NCBI RefSeq assembly: GCF_001194135.2
Contig: NC_069005.1
Coordinates: 34,208,800 to 34,272,799 of the forward strand
DNA: 64,000 nucleotides
Source: Octopus bimaculoides
Taxonomy: Eukaryota
Reading direction: 5' to 3'
Shown in pieces: positions 50,601-63,505 of the stretch. Position numbers and translations under genes: made by a program. The notes under the pieces are model-generated. The model did not search any database. It was given only the letters and a program-made list of their open reading frames with translations, and had not been told where the DNA came from. The stretch's first letter is position 1, and each line of letters opens with the position of its first letter.

Positions 50601-52519
50601 CCCATAACCATCCCGAAAGGAACTACAAATATGGAGCCGTTGTAAGGTCACATGCCACGTTAGAAATAAATGTTATATCTAACAAGAATCATGTCCTTAT
50701 TGTCTTAACGAAGGAAGGGCAGAAGAAGAAGAAGAAGAAGAAGAAGAAGAAGAAGAAGAAGAAGAAGAAGAAGAAGAAGAAGAAGAAGAAGAAGAATGAT
50801 GATGATGATGATGATGATGAGGAGGAGGAGGAGGAGGATATTGAATAATGTATTCCAAGGTAAACAGCTTTGGTCATATATCTAGAGGGTCCGAACTGAC
50901 CAGTGGTCAAAGAAACACCATCAACTCTAGACATTAGTGATATATGATATGGTTGATATACTTAGATATATGTATAAAAATAGACGTGATTGTCACGGCT
51001 GGAAGAACATTTGATCATCTGCAGACAGCCAATACAAACGAGACCTAAAAGTCATGAAAGAAATGTTGTGTATATCTTTGTCGATAACAGTAAATTACAT
51101 TTCAATATTTAAGTTTATTGATAATTACTGATTTGATAAATTTCGAGATTGGCTTTGATGTCCGGTTCAATGGCGTCTTTGTTCTTGCGCGATTATTGCG
51201 ATTGGTGGCAGTTATATGAACAACAGAGACATTATTATGATTGCTAGTGGAGTACACACAACACAGTAAATATCGTGATTGTTAGTGGAGTACAAACACT
51301 GATTATCAACGGAGCGTACAAACAGAGTACCAAGAAAGAGAAAGAAACGACAGAGAGAAGCAATAAAGAATAAACAGCCGGGGAATTAACAACAACGAGT
51401 ACAGAGAGTAGCAGCAGAGAGTACCAACAGGGAGTAGTCTCAGAGAGTACTAGCAGAGGGGACTAGCAGAGAGTACCGTCTTGCGCTGTTATTGATGTGG
51501 GATTGTAGTCGTAGTAGTAGTCGTAGTGGCAGCAGCAGTAGTAGCAGTAGTAGTAGTGTTGTTGAATGCGCTTGTGATGGTGGTGATGCTGGTGGTTGTT
51601 ATGACACTGGTAACAGTAATAGTAGCGGTGGTGTTGGTAGTTGTGGTGTTAATGTTTGTAGTAGTAGTAGTAGTAGTATTGATGACCATCATTGTAGTCG
51701 TGCTAATACTAGTGTATCATCCATCTTGGTCAGAGTGATGGTAGTGGTGGAGATTGTGGTGGCGGTGCTAGTGGTGTGTCTATTGCTGTGATGGCAGCGG
51801 CGGTGGTGGTGGCGGCGCCGGCGGCGATGATGCCTCTTGTGGTCATAGTTTCTGTTTTAATAATGAAGATGGCGATATTGCTGGAGTCCATTTCACACTT
51901 TATTAAAAATATGATTTATAATTATTAGATTGCCCCTCATTAGTCGCAACTCTCGCACTTTCACTTTCCCCGTCTTTCTTTCTCCATCATGGTCGCTTTC
52001 CATTTTACTCTTGTCTGTATGAATGCGTGCGCGTGGGTGTTTTTAAATACACATATATGTATGTGTGTGTGAGTGTTATGCCTATACATGTGTTTATGTA
52101 TGTAGTTATATACATATATATGTGCGTGTGTGTGTGATATGCGTGAAATAGTGTGAATATATTTTACTTGGAGCTGATGCTTCTTCAATTATTTGGTCTA
52201 TGTATCATGGTTCCGATTGTGGAAACGATCGAAAGAGGACAGTAACGAAACAAAAATATAAATAAATATATTCTGAATTACATCAAAAAGGGATTGGTGT
52301 AAAGTAGACCAAAATGTGAAAGAGTGGCATAGACAGACATTAAAAATTTCGGTATGTTTGCTTCTATTCATCACCATGTTTAATGACACGTATTATATTT
52401 GTCTTCACGTGGATGAACAGGTAACATTTTCTAGTATCCACTAACATTGGGGGGGGGGTAATGTGAGAGGAGGGGGTAACTGTTGTAGATGCTAAGATTG
52501 TTATTGAACCCTATAAATT

Positions 52520-52920
52520 TGTCCATTTCACTGTCATCTGCGGAGGAGATATCAGCTTGACGAATTAACTCTTTCTAAAAACCAAGATTGTTTGGAAGGT
52601 AGATATTCGTACCGTTTGCTTCAATGACAGAAAAGTTTTGCGTGTTTCTAGTTGAATCGTTTCATCTGTTTGTAATCATCCTAGATTCATATTAAACTGG
52701 GTGGCTATTCGCAACATCAGCGAATGTTTTCTTCAATATTTACTGTATCCGATGAGACAAATTTGCATCTGAGGAAGCAGCTGACTGCTCTGCACTTCGT
52801 TGAAAAGCTCAAAAGTCTCCAAAATATACCAGGCATTCTCGTTAGCCGGTGTTGGCAGGAACCATACTTTCCCTGCAATAGCTTTTGTCTTTAACATAGC
52901 ATATCTGCCAGAGATGCCAT
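52520..52920 (-). mobile_element. Possible hAT (Ac/Tip100-like) transposase fossil
   Basis: F*DGISGRYAMLKTK..VWFLP..FELFNEVQ / LLSFSTKCR is weakly collinear with YDGA.NMSG.Y.G...K..A.F.PC..H.LNL..FF..VQ..Y.FFS.STKRW. Confidence 0.3.
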
Positions 52921-52957
52921 CTCAGAATAAATATCGCAGTGGCTGCCCTTTCAACGG

Positions 52958-53001
<44 letters not shown>

Positions 53002-53988
53002 NNNNNNNNNNNNNNNNNNNNNNNNNNNNNNNNNNNNNNNNNNNNNNNNNNNNNNNNNNNNNNNNNNNNNNNNNNNNNNNNNNNNNNNNNNNNNNNNNNN
53101 NNNNNNNNNNNNNNNNNNNNNNNNNNNNNNNNNNNNNNNNNNNNNNNNNNNNNNNNNNNNNNNNNNNNNNNNNNNNNNNNNNNNNNNNNNNNNNNNNNNN
53201 NNNNNNNNNNNNNNNNNNNNNNNNNNNNNNNNNNNNNNNNNNNNNNNNNNNNNNNNNNNNNNNNNNNNNNNNNNNNNNNNNNNNNNNNNNNNNNNNNNNN
53301 NNNNNNNNNNNNNNNNNNNNNNNNNNNNNNNNNNNNNNNNNNNNNNNNNNNNNNNNNNNNNNNNNNNNNNNNNNNNNNNNNNNNNNNNNNNNNNNNNNNN
53401 NNNNNNNNNNNNNNNNNNNNNNNNNNNNNNNNNNNNNNNNNNNNNNNNNNNNNNNNNNNNNNNNNNNNNNNNNNNNNNNNNNNNNNNNNNNNNNNNNNNN
53501 NNNNNNNNNNNNNNNNNNNNNNNNNNNNNNNNNNNNNNNNNNNNNNNNNNNNNNNNNNNNNNNNNNNNNNNNNNNNNNNNNNNNNNNNNNNNNNNNNNNN
53601 NNNNNNNNNNNNNNNNNNNNNNNNNNNNNNNNNNNNNNNNNNNNNNNNNNNNNNNNNNNNNNNNNNNNNNNNNNNNNNNNNNNNNNNNNNNNNNNNNNNN
53701 NNNNNNNNNNNNNNNNNNNNNNNNNNNNNNNNNNNNNNNNNNNNNNNNNNNNNNNNNNNNNNNNNNNNNNNNNNNNNNNNNNNNNNNNNNNNNNNNNNNN
53801 NNNNNNNNNNNNNNNNNNNNNNNNNNNNNNNNNNNNNNNNNNNNNNNNNNNNNNNNNNNNNNNNNNNNNNNNNNNNNNNNNNNNNNNNNNNNNNNNNNNN
53901 NNNNNNNNNNNNNNNNNNNNNNNNNNNNNNNNNNNNNNNNNNNNNNNNNNNNNNNNNNNNNNNNNNNNNNNNNNNNNNNNNNNNNNNN

Positions 53989-54025
<37 letters not shown>

Positions 54026-54054
54026 ATTTATACATACATATTTACATATATGTA

Positions 54055-54175
54055 CATCGACCCCAGAATTTGATTGGTACCTCATTTTATCAAACCCCTG
54101 AAAAGAGAAAAGTCGAAGTCAACTTCGATAGAATTTGAACTCGGAATAAATGCTCACTAAGCATTTTGTCCGACC
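54055..54175 (-). mobile_element. Degenerate Meta-like SINE
   Basis: catcgaccccag..attggtacctcattttatcaaacccctgaaaag..agtcaacttcgatagaatttgaactcgg..ctaagcattttgtccg. Confidence 0.7.
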
Positions 54176-54639
54176 GAGCAACATAAAAAAGTACTCCATT
54201 CAGTGAGAATCAAATATCCTTTATTGTACTTATATACACACAGACATACATACGTATATATATATATATATATATATATAATCTATGTGACTGCACACTC
54301 ACAAGTGTCACTAATATCGTTGTCATCAACATCATCATCATAACCACATTCTTTAAGTACAACAACAGCAACTAGAGTAAAACAATGGCGATGTTGTGTG
54401 TTTCTCTGTGTGTCGTGTGCGTGCATATGTGTGTGCGTGTGTGTGTGTTGTGTGTGCTTGCTGTGTTTGCATGTGCGTTGTGTGTGTGTGCGTTGTGTGC
54501 GCGTGCGTATGTGTATGTGTGTGTTGTGTGTATATGTGTCTACGTGTATGTGTGTGTATTCTGTGTGTATGTGTGCGTATGCGTCTGTGTGTATGTGTGT
54601 GTATTCTGTGTGTATTTGTGTGTATGTGTGTGTATTCTG

Positions 54640-54670
<31 letters not shown>

Positions 54671-55204
54671 ATGTGTGTGTGTTTGTAAATTATCGGAGCT
54701 GACACTGATCAATAGCGTCTCAGTTCCGACATCAATGAGGAAAGCACCGCCGACCATAATGAAGTCTTTGATTGTTGAATACAGAACAAACACAAAAATA
54801 AACACACAAAAAAACCCCACATATAAAAACCACGTAAAACAAAATTATTATTAAGTAATTAATTCCCAGGTGATCCTTAGGAAATTGTCCTGGTTCAAGA
54901 AATTCTCATTCGGGGAATTTACTCAACTAATAAGGGTCATAACCTTTTACAATCAGCTCTCATTTATCATAATCGCGGAATTGGTTGGCAGTTAAACGAA
55001 ATAACCATTCCCGCCATCTTTCTGTGCGTGTGTGTATGTGTGTCTGTGCTTTTGTGTGTGTGTGTGTGTGTGTATGTACGCGTGTGGATTATCGCAGATA
55101 AGACATTACCAGCAGCATGAATATTCTTGGATTGTCAATAGATGATATATACATATGTATGTGTAAATACAATTGCATGTATCCACATATATTACATGTA
55201 TTTA

Positions 55205-55235
<31 letters not shown>

Positions 55236-55249
55236 GCACATACATATAT

Positions 55250-55280
<31 letters not shown>

Positions 55281-55369
55281 GTTGAAATTTACAGAAAAAC
55301 AAAAGACGAAGACAAGTGTATAAACAACAAGCAGATGTATTAGTTTGACGCTCGAGAAGGTGAGAAAGT

Positions 55370-55405
55370 CATTTATGTTTCGAGCCGACGCTCTTCAATG
55401 GTAAG
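55370..55405 (-). ncRNA. Dead hammerhead-like remnant
   Basis: Minus strand CCATTGA-A-GAGC-GTCG-GCTC-GAAA-CA-TA. Perfect 4-bp stem II, GAAA and UA retained; CUGANGA core has 3 mismatches. Confidence 0.35.
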
Positions 55406-55609
55406 GAACACGAAGAAATAAACAGAGAGAATACAAAAAAAAAATTGTGGATTTAGCGATCAGACAAAGCGACTGATTGAAAAATGATAGTTTGACAGGA
55501 TAGCTAGGAATGAGGGGAGATGATAAAGTACTGGTGATCCCAAAACGAAGGTGCGCGTGCGTGTGTGTATGTGAAAGTGTGTGTGTGTAGATAGGGGTTG
55601 TAACTTAAA

Positions 55610-55660
55610 CTGCGCGACAATCGGTTTCGTCGTTCGACTCATCAGTTTGTAGCGACGCAG
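55610..55660 (-). ncRNA. Hammerhead-like motif with intact core and atypical stem I/III
   Basis: Minus strand CTGCGTCGCTACAAA-CTGATGA-GTC-GAAC-GAC-GAAA-CCGATTGTCGCGCAG. Confidence 0.55.
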
Positions 55661-56608
55661 ATTGTCCATTATTATTCGTATATTTATAGACAACAGTATT
55701 TCGTTTTAAAATACCTTTGATCTAAATAGCCAATATTTCAGTGATGTAACATTAATGGAGATGATAGCGAAGGCAAGCTGTTTTAGCAATGGCGGACTCA
55801 AGAGGAAGATATTTTAGATTGGCCAAGAAAAACAAAAAAAGAAAATGATCAATGAATTCAGGAATGACAAAAATGAGATTCCTTATGCAAAGAACACGAC
55901 AGTCGATTGACAAAATTTACCGATTGCAGACAGAAACATCCCAAAGATTCAATGCCGACAATCTCTACAGAATCAATGCATAAAACCAGCCAGATAATCA
56001 ATGCAGTGATCAATTGAATAAGAAGCTGATGAAAATTGATAATTGAGTGATTGAGACAAAACAACCGATAAAAGTTTGAATGAAAAGTCAAGTGCAGGAG
56101 GGTAACTCTAAAGAGGTTACACTTGAGGAATTTATGAATAAAATGAAAGAATGTAACGAAACAGGATATAGTAAGGAAGCCACCAAATGGAGAGGATACA
56201 ATCGAAGAATTAACAAACCAACATCAGCAACGCAACAATATTCAAAAAGGTACCTCCGTTGGTAAGTAAATTTTAGAAGCCAACCAATGAAAACGACCGA
56301 CATACGAAGAATAATTGCGATTATATTTAAACCAGTTTAAAAATAACACCAGGAGAGATCGAATTGGCGAGTAACTGTAATAGCATTAAATCGCATGCAC
56401 ACACACACGCACACACACAATATTATTTGTCAGGGACAGGAAATAATAGCAAATAAAAAACTACTGTAGAAAGTGACGCAGAAGTATGTTGGCCAAATCA
56501 TTAGATACAATACGGTACGTGGAAATGAAGGTCAGAATAGGGCACAATGTTAAGGAGGAGGATTTAAATATAATATGATAGAACACTGGTGCAATATTAC
56601 TGGTAAAA

Positions 56609-56767
56609 GGCGGCGAGCTGGCAGAAACGTTAGCGCACCAGGCGGAATGCTTAGCGCTATTTCGTCTGTCTTTAAGTTCTGAGTTCAAATTTCGCCGAGG
56701 TCGACTTTGCCCTTCATCCTATCGGGGTCGATAAATTAAGTACTAGTTGCGTACTGGGGTCGATCTA
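56609..56767 (+). mobile_element. Meta-like tRNA SINE, 3' end lost in (TA)n
   Basis: GGCGGCGAGCTGGCAGAAACGTTAG (A-box), GAGTTCAAATT (B-box), then GTCGACTTTGCCCTTCATCCTATCGGGGTCGATAAATTAAGTAC, which resembles the conserved Meta-SINE central domain (from memory). Confidence 0.9.
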
Positions 56768-56778
56768 GTTTATATATA

Positions 56779-56856
<78 letters not shown>

Positions 56857-57088
56857 TATATATGTATATATATATATGTAAATGCATATATATATGTGTG
56901 TGTATATATATATATATATATATACATACATACAAATGATAATGTGCATACATCAGTGAAGCACATTTAAAGGTGTAAGGAAATGCATATATGTACACAT
57001 ACATAACCACACATAAAGATGCAAACGCATACGTATATACTCACACACATCCATCCACCGACCCATCCAGCCATGCACAACACGCACG

Positions 57089-57126
<38 letters not shown>

Positions 57127-57272
57127 TACACACACACACATACCTGATTGAAGTTGTTAAAATTCCATTGAAAGACTCTTGTTTTTGTTTCTGGTTTGGA
57201 AGCCGGCTCTTCCTTTATTGGCGAGAATTTTTGAAAATAAAACCAGGAAAATAAAACCCACCAAAACATACA

Positions 57273-57304
<32 letters not shown>

Positions 57305-57694
57305 ACGCACAAATACACACATATGTATGTATGTGTGTGTGCATGTGTGTTTTTTGTGTATATATGTATGCGTCTATCTATCATTAAAATTTATTGGTGC
57401 ACATTTCCAAACAATACAATTCTATAGAAATGTTGATGTTCTTTTATTTTTAAAGGTAAATTTAGAAGAGAATTGGGAAGAAATATCTGGAGTAGTTTGT
57501 ATTGGAATTACTGAGGCAGAAATTACCAATGTTTGGTAAACTTGGTTAAGTTGATGGCACGTTAAATAGGAGAGAGGAACATCTAGGAGATTGGGAAAAT
57601 ATACACGAGCACACAGCACACAGCACGCACACACATTTATACAGACACGTCGTGTATATACACACACACACGTACATATATATACTATGCATAC

Positions 57695-57734
<40 letters not shown>

Positions 57735-58218
57735 NNNNNNNNNNNNNNNNNNNNNNNNNNNNNNNNNNNNNNNNNNNNNNNNNNNNNNNNNNNNNNNNNN
57801 NNNNNNNNNNNNNNNNNNNNNNNNNNNNNNNNNNNNNNNNNNNNNNNNNNNNNNNNNNNNNNNNNNNNNNNNNNNNNNNNNNNNNNNNNNNNNNNNNNNN
57901 NNNNNNNNNNNNNNNNNNNNNNNNNNNNNNNNNNNNNNNNNNNNNNNNNNNNNNNNNNNNNNNNNNNNNNNNNNNNNNNNNNNNNNNNNNNNNNNNNNNN
58001 NNNNNNNNNNNNNNNNNNNNNNNNNNNNNNNNNNNNNNNNNNNNNNNNNNNNNNNNNNNNNNNNNNNNNNNNNNNNNNNNNNNNNNNNNNNNNNNNNNNN
58101 NNNNNNNNNNNNNNNNNNNNNNNNNNNNNNNNNNNNNNNNNNNNNNNNNNNNNNNNNNNNNNNNNNNNNNNNNNNNNNNNNNNNNNNNNNNNNNNNNNNN
58201 NNNNNNNNNNNNNNNNNN

Positions 58219-58250
<32 letters not shown>

Positions 58251-59269
58251 TATATATATCTTTATGTATGCATGTATGTACGTACGTATGTCTACTTCCA
58301 TACACACACACACACAAATATACATGAGTGATAAATACACTGGAATTTCAAATAGTCAATGTAAACTGTTTTAAGCAACACAATAGGTGGAGAATCATGT
58401 TGAAGGGAGAGGTGGGTGGGCAGGTGGGTGTAAGCGTCATGTTGATGTTGCTGTTATTGTTGTTCTGCAACATGGTGTACGATAATGAAGGTGATGCTAC
58501 AGACGAGAACGACTGGGACGAAGATGACGGTGTTACGAATGGAGGAGGAGGTGGTGGTGGCGGTTGTAGTTAATGGTATTCTTGTGTATCTGTTTGAGGG
58601 TCGGGGCTGCGAGTCTCTGTGTGAGTGTTTATTTAATTTGATGTGGTGCTATCGATACTTGCAGCTATTGAGGTAGGTTGGATGTCGGGTGTGGCAGGGG
58701 GTCGCGTGTGCAGCGCTGTTAGTGCGAAGACACACACCCTTATGCACCTGCGCACATTAACACTCTCACAAAATACAAATTCATACATATTCACACATAT
58801 ACATATAATAAAATAGACCGAAAGAACACACACACATATACATACACACATATATACACCTACACCCTTTGACTCCAATATTCTCATGACTGAACATATG
58901 TCGCGATTTCTGTGTTTCTTTTTTTCTTTTTCAGTTTCTAAACCAAACAACCACTTATGGTTGGCCAAATCTTTCTGGGTTTCATTAACTCAGCCTTCCA
59001 GTCAACAGAAAACAATTATTATTATTATTATTATTATTACTCTGTGCGTGTGTGTTGGCATGTGCGGGCGTGATATCAAGCTCCTCCGGGGGGTATTGGA
59101 TTATTGCCAGATTTCACAAACTGAAAGATTTTCCATTTTTTTGTCTTTTTTGGATTGTTTTCCAAACGAAGAACTTTCGAAGGTGTTAACGTCTATCCTA
59201 ATATTTTCATTTTAAACAACATTGATTTGTCGGGGTTGTTTCTAAGCATTTTCTTGTGTTCGTATATTT

Positions 59270-59720
59270 TTTTCATGTCGTTGGCATTGCAGCCGAGTGA
59301 AGGTTTAAACATTGTTCGGCGCTTTCACGGAACGGAAGCTTGTAAGCAATACATTAGAAAAGTGTGTACCTCTTTGCTCGGAAAATGTATCGACATCCAA
59401 CCAAAAGCAGAACGACTTGACTTCCTGAAATTTGCGAAGATCTGATATACCCACAAAGACTAGCTGAAGGGAGGCACTAATTATGCATGACCTGACCTGT
59501 GTTTTGTCCCAAAATTAAGAACGTGACGAGAGAGAGCTTGTCCAACTGGTTCACCTCATATTTTTCCATAATCTGGCTCTGTAATACAGGCATCACCGAA
59601 CGTAGCTTTTAATTGTCTGTTTAATCTAAGTCAAATAATGTCCCATTGTCGAAATTGAAACCGGCATCGCTCAGTTTGCCTATCGCATTCTTCTGTTAAT
59701 CCACATCATCATGAACCAAT
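59270..59720 (-). mobile_element. hAT (SPIN/GTF2IRD2-like) transposase fossil
   Basis: LKATFGDACI (LK.TT.G.DI); MEKYEVNQLDKLSLVT (EKY.L..DKL.SVTTDGA); RKFQE (RQFQ); SNVLLTSFRSVKAPNNV*TF (DVLLH..VRWLSRG.VL.RF), collinear across frameshifts. Confidence 0.5.
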
Positions 59721-59750
59721 TCGGAGTTTCCTCGTTTTGTCTTAGTGAAA

Positions 59751-59788
<38 letters not shown>

Positions 59789-60124
59789 AAAGAGTAAAAT
59801 GTTAACGGGTATTATTGGCGGGTGGGGGGGTAATATGGTGGGAAAAGAGCAGAAGAACAGGGTTCTGGGATCGTTTCACCCAACTACAGTAAAATTGTTT
59901 TTAATGAGATTTAGTGTCCTAAAAAAAAAAAAAAATGAAACAATTACTACGAAACATTTTTTTTTATGTCCTGGTTTCAAATTTCACAGAAGTCAATATT
60001 GTCATTTAGAACCAATGAATAAAGTACCATTTCTATAATTTACCATTTATGTACTACCATTTCTATAATTTACGTACAGCAGTCAATTTTTCTTTTACTG
60101 TTTCTGTCCGTTTTCCCTTTCTTA

Positions 60125-60260
60125 AAAAGAAATCGGTGGTGGCCAAACCTGGCGCTGGATGTGCTTTCCCAGATCCACCAAGAAAATGTGCAAATCAGAT
60201 TGTATGCCCGATACTGGCTGTATTATTCAATCGAATAAGGAAAAGGCCCCGGCCAGGCTG
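60125..60260 (+). mobile_element. Possible LINE RT N-terminal remnant
   Basis: AKPGAG..PDPPRKCANQIVCPILAVLFNR resembles the LINE KAPGPD.I....LK.CA..I..PL..LFN motif. Confidence 0.35.
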
Positions 60261-60340
60261 TATGAGTAGAGTTAATGCATAGTTTTGCATTTACTGAGTG
60301 GGAGGATAAGCACAGATACAAACACACACATATGTATATA

Positions 60341-60493
60341 GGACGAGCTTCTTCCAGTTTCTGCATATCAAGTCCACTCACAACGCTTTGTTCGATCCGA
60401 GGGTGTAGCAGAGGACAATTTCACAAAGGTGCCACGCAGTGAGACTGAACCCTGAACCATGTGGTTGGTAAGCAAGCTTCTTAACACAGCCGC
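60341..60493 (-). mobile_element. CORE-like SINE head and core
   Basis: gagcttcttccagtttc..tccactcacaacgctttgttcgatccgagg..aaggtgccacgcagtgagactgaaccctgaaccatgtggttggtaagcaagc. Confidence 0.8.
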
Positions 60494-60879
60494 AAATGCG
60501 CTTCTACTACGTTATTTGTGTAATTACAATTATTTATACATAACCATAACTAAGTTATTTATATAATATATTTGGTTTTAATTATTTTCCTATATTACAC
60601 ATTAAATTTTGTTTTTCTATGTAGAAATGTGCATTTTTAAAATAATTTTTTTTTTTTTTAGGCGTTCAATTCTATTACGTATCATATTCTAACCCTTCCC
60701 CGCTCGTTTTTCGAATATTTGTCCATTTTACACCACAGCTTTTTCCATTTAATTATATTACATCGCGCCCCTGTGGCTAATATTATTATTGTTTGTGAAA
60801 AGAGCGGGTTTTAGATTTAGTATATGAAAATCACTTTAGATTGTATCGATCGTTGTCAGCAAGGGAAGAAGGAGGTTTT

Positions 60880-61010
60880 AGAGAAGAGGAAAGAGCATCG
60901 GAGAGTGATGGGTTGTTCAATACAGTCAGATGTTTCGAGAATATTAAAAGCTTTCCAAGAATGTTCTGTCTTCATTTCGGATATTCAAGCCATGACAGGT
61001 TCTGTGATAA
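60880..61010 (+). mobile_element. Possible hAT transposase fragment (TDGA region)
   Basis: SESDGLFNTVRCF / FQECSVFISDIQAMTG resembles TGEDIFNAV..F..W..CV..CTDGA.AMTG. Confidence 0.35.
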
Positions 61011-61877
61011 CAAAGAGTTTGATTTTTTTTTTTCTTACTGGGGGAAAAGACGAGGAGAGACAGAAAGAGAGAGAAATATGAGGAAAAATAAGAGAGTAAC
61101 AGACTGGTAAACAGAGAGAGAGAGTGATAAAGATAGGAGATGAGAAAAAATGAGAGAAACAGACTGGTAAAGAGAGAGAGGGGGGGGTGAGAGGGAGAAG
61201 ATATTTCTTCTGAGTCTAGGTTTGTTGATTTGTTTAGCTGCGACGATTGAAACCTCTCACTTGCAACATCTTCAGTTATTGACTTTGAAAAAATATAAAA
61301 TGAGAACGGAGAAAAGTTGAAAGGAAAGTCTGAGTAGGATGTAACAGAAGTTTTACTCTTAACAGAACCAAGAATATGACGAGTTAATCCAAAGAACAAG
61401 TCTTCGGTATTGTGATAACGTCTATGATATCTAACAGACGTAAGGGTTACATATTTAAAAGTGGGGCGAAGGATATAATCGATTTTATTGATACCAGAAA
61501 TGATCTCGCAAGCATTTTATCGAACTCAGAAGAATTATTAAAATATCAGCTTTTAATTTCATTTAATTTTATTTAATTTGGAAATATATCAAAAATACAA
61601 AACATTGCGTGGAATCTGAAAGTTTAAATAGAGGAGATATTAAAAGAATGAATTAATGGAGATAAACCAATTCATCTCACAGTCTGAATTTAGGAAAGTA
61701 AGGTAACGGGCTGGAGCGTACTACTATTATACGCAAAAGTATAAGAAATTTGTATGTGATTTAGCGAAAGAAGACAATCACCAGCAGTAATTGTTAGCGA
61801 CTGTCAAGAAGTGGAGGTAATGAGTAAAAATTAATCTAATTTCTCAAAGTTAATTTACATGATTGGGGAGAGAACTA

Positions 61878-62101
61878 CAGTAATCCCTCGCCATATTGCG
61901 GTTCACCTATTGCGGTTCATTATTTCAATTTGCGTCGATTCCTCCTCCGTGGTCTGCTTTTACATTTATAATACAATAAATATATTTAAATCATAAAAAT
62001 ATTTTAAAAATACACAGTATAGTACTGTTTTTACTTCTCGGATTTTGACCTATCGCGTGGGGTTTTGGAACGCAACACCTGCGATTGTCGAGGAATCATT
62101 G
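61878..62101. mobile_element. Tigger/pogo-like MITE, 224 bp, TA target-site duplication
   Basis: TA|CAGTAATCCCTCG at the left end (TA 61876-61877) and CGAGGAATCATTG|TA at the right end (TA 62102-62103; reverse complement CAATGATTCCTCG). Sub-terminal tattgcggttca repeats and cctatcgcg are typical of Tigger-like MITEs. Confidence 0.8.
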
Positions 62102-62269
62102 TATCTGATCTACACAAACAAGGATTTTTTTTTTTTATTAGAGTTAAAAATAATAATTTACGCGCGACACAGATATTTTAAATATTGGTTGCATCTTTCA
62201 AACTGGTCGTTGAGAGTTCAAATCTGAAGGTTGCTATACCAGTTTCAAACGGGGGATTTTCCTTCAAGA

Positions 62270-62430
62270 TTAGAATGAAATTCAAAAATCTACGTCTATT
62301 GGCATTATACTGTTTGTGCCAGTTTTGCATCATTTCTAAGAATGGCACAAGGCCATTTCAGAATTTTAAGTACTACTAGAAAGAGGAGATCGAACGAGGA
62401 GGAGATCCTTGTAGAAACTTGCAAACACTT
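62270..62430 (+). mobile_element. Possible hAT C-terminal (dimerisation domain) fragment
   Basis: KFKNLRLLALYCL..., then after a frameshift HFRILSTTRKRRSNEEEIL, resembling FPNL..LA...L..P.S.A..ERxFS.L..I.T..R.RL..E.L. Confidence 0.35.
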
Positions 62431-63084
62431 GCCTGTGAAAGCCCTGCCATTCAAAAGTTCTGCAAACCAGATGCCACTAGGTTTCAGGGCCGCCAGGAAA
62501 AAAATCCGTATTCTTTCAGGGTCTTTCTCTTAAGGCTCTGCAGTACACCAGCTTCATTCACTGGTGTGAACCCCTCCCCCACCTACTGACTCGATGGACT
62601 TGTAAAGTTTATGAAAATCATGGCTTTTTTTTTTATTTATGGAACAAAATCGATTTTCAGTTTTGCCTCGGACAACGACCGAGCAGAAGACAATGCGGGC
62701 CTGTCCACTATTTTGAGATCGATTTTATTTTTCTTGATATTGGCAACTTAATTCGGAATGCTCCATAAAAGCAAAAGACAAAGAATTCATTGAATTTAAC
62801 ATTAGACAACGATGAAGCGAGTTCTGTTTGTTTGGGGCGAGTTCTAACTAGGATTGTCAACGTCTGTCTATTGATAGATTTTTGATTTAAATGATGTTTC
62901 AAGAAGAAAATATATCAACACAGTTCTTCTTTTGTGCATTAATCTATTGATTGAGGCTTAGAAGGGACAACAGAATTCGAGCGCGTGACGTTTATGCTTT
63001 TCCCTCTGTAGAATATTGGTTTCGACCATTCTAGAGAATGTCGCTAAGCATTTAGCCCCGGGGGAGGGGCTAACGATTCTCCCT

Positions 63085-63293
63085 TCTATTATAGGAACAA
63101 GGCCTGAAATTTGGTGGGAGGGGGCCAGTCGATTAGATCGAACCCAGTACGCAACTAGTACTTAATTTATCGACCCCCGAAAGGATGAAGGACAAAGTTG
63201 ACCTCGGCGGAATTTGAACTCGGAACGTAGCAGCAGACGAAATACCTCTAAGCATTTCGCCCGAGGTGCTAACGATTCTGCCAGCTCACCGCC
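63085..63293 (-). mobile_element. Full-length Meta-like tRNA SINE abutting an older partial copy (about 62975-63083)
   Basis: Complete head, central domain and tail (ggccttgttcctataatagaa). CTCCCT at 63079-63084 and 63294-63299 is a possible TSD. The upstream ctaagcatttagcccc..ctaacgattct repeats the SINE head. Confidence 0.9.
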
Positions 63294-63505
63294 CTCCCTC
63301 TCTAAGATATTAAAAGGTGAATTATCAAAACATAAACCCAATACGAATCTCACATCCATGTCTACTTCTGTGTGAAGGGGTTTATGACATTAACGGTTAA
63401 TAATGGGTAAAGAAAAAAAAATTGCTTCAATTAAAACCAATTCCAAAAATGAAAAAAAAAACCAGTTCTGCTAATATTGAAACTAATTAACGGTATATCC
63501 GGAAC

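Noticed and set aside
56609-56700. tRNA-like A/B boxes
   Set aside because: These are SINE heads; no cloverleaf or acceptor stem, so no tRNA gene is called.
62708-62902. ILVRTRP resembling the kinesin VRVRP start
   Set aside because: Five-residue match only; no further motor-domain motifs or splice support.
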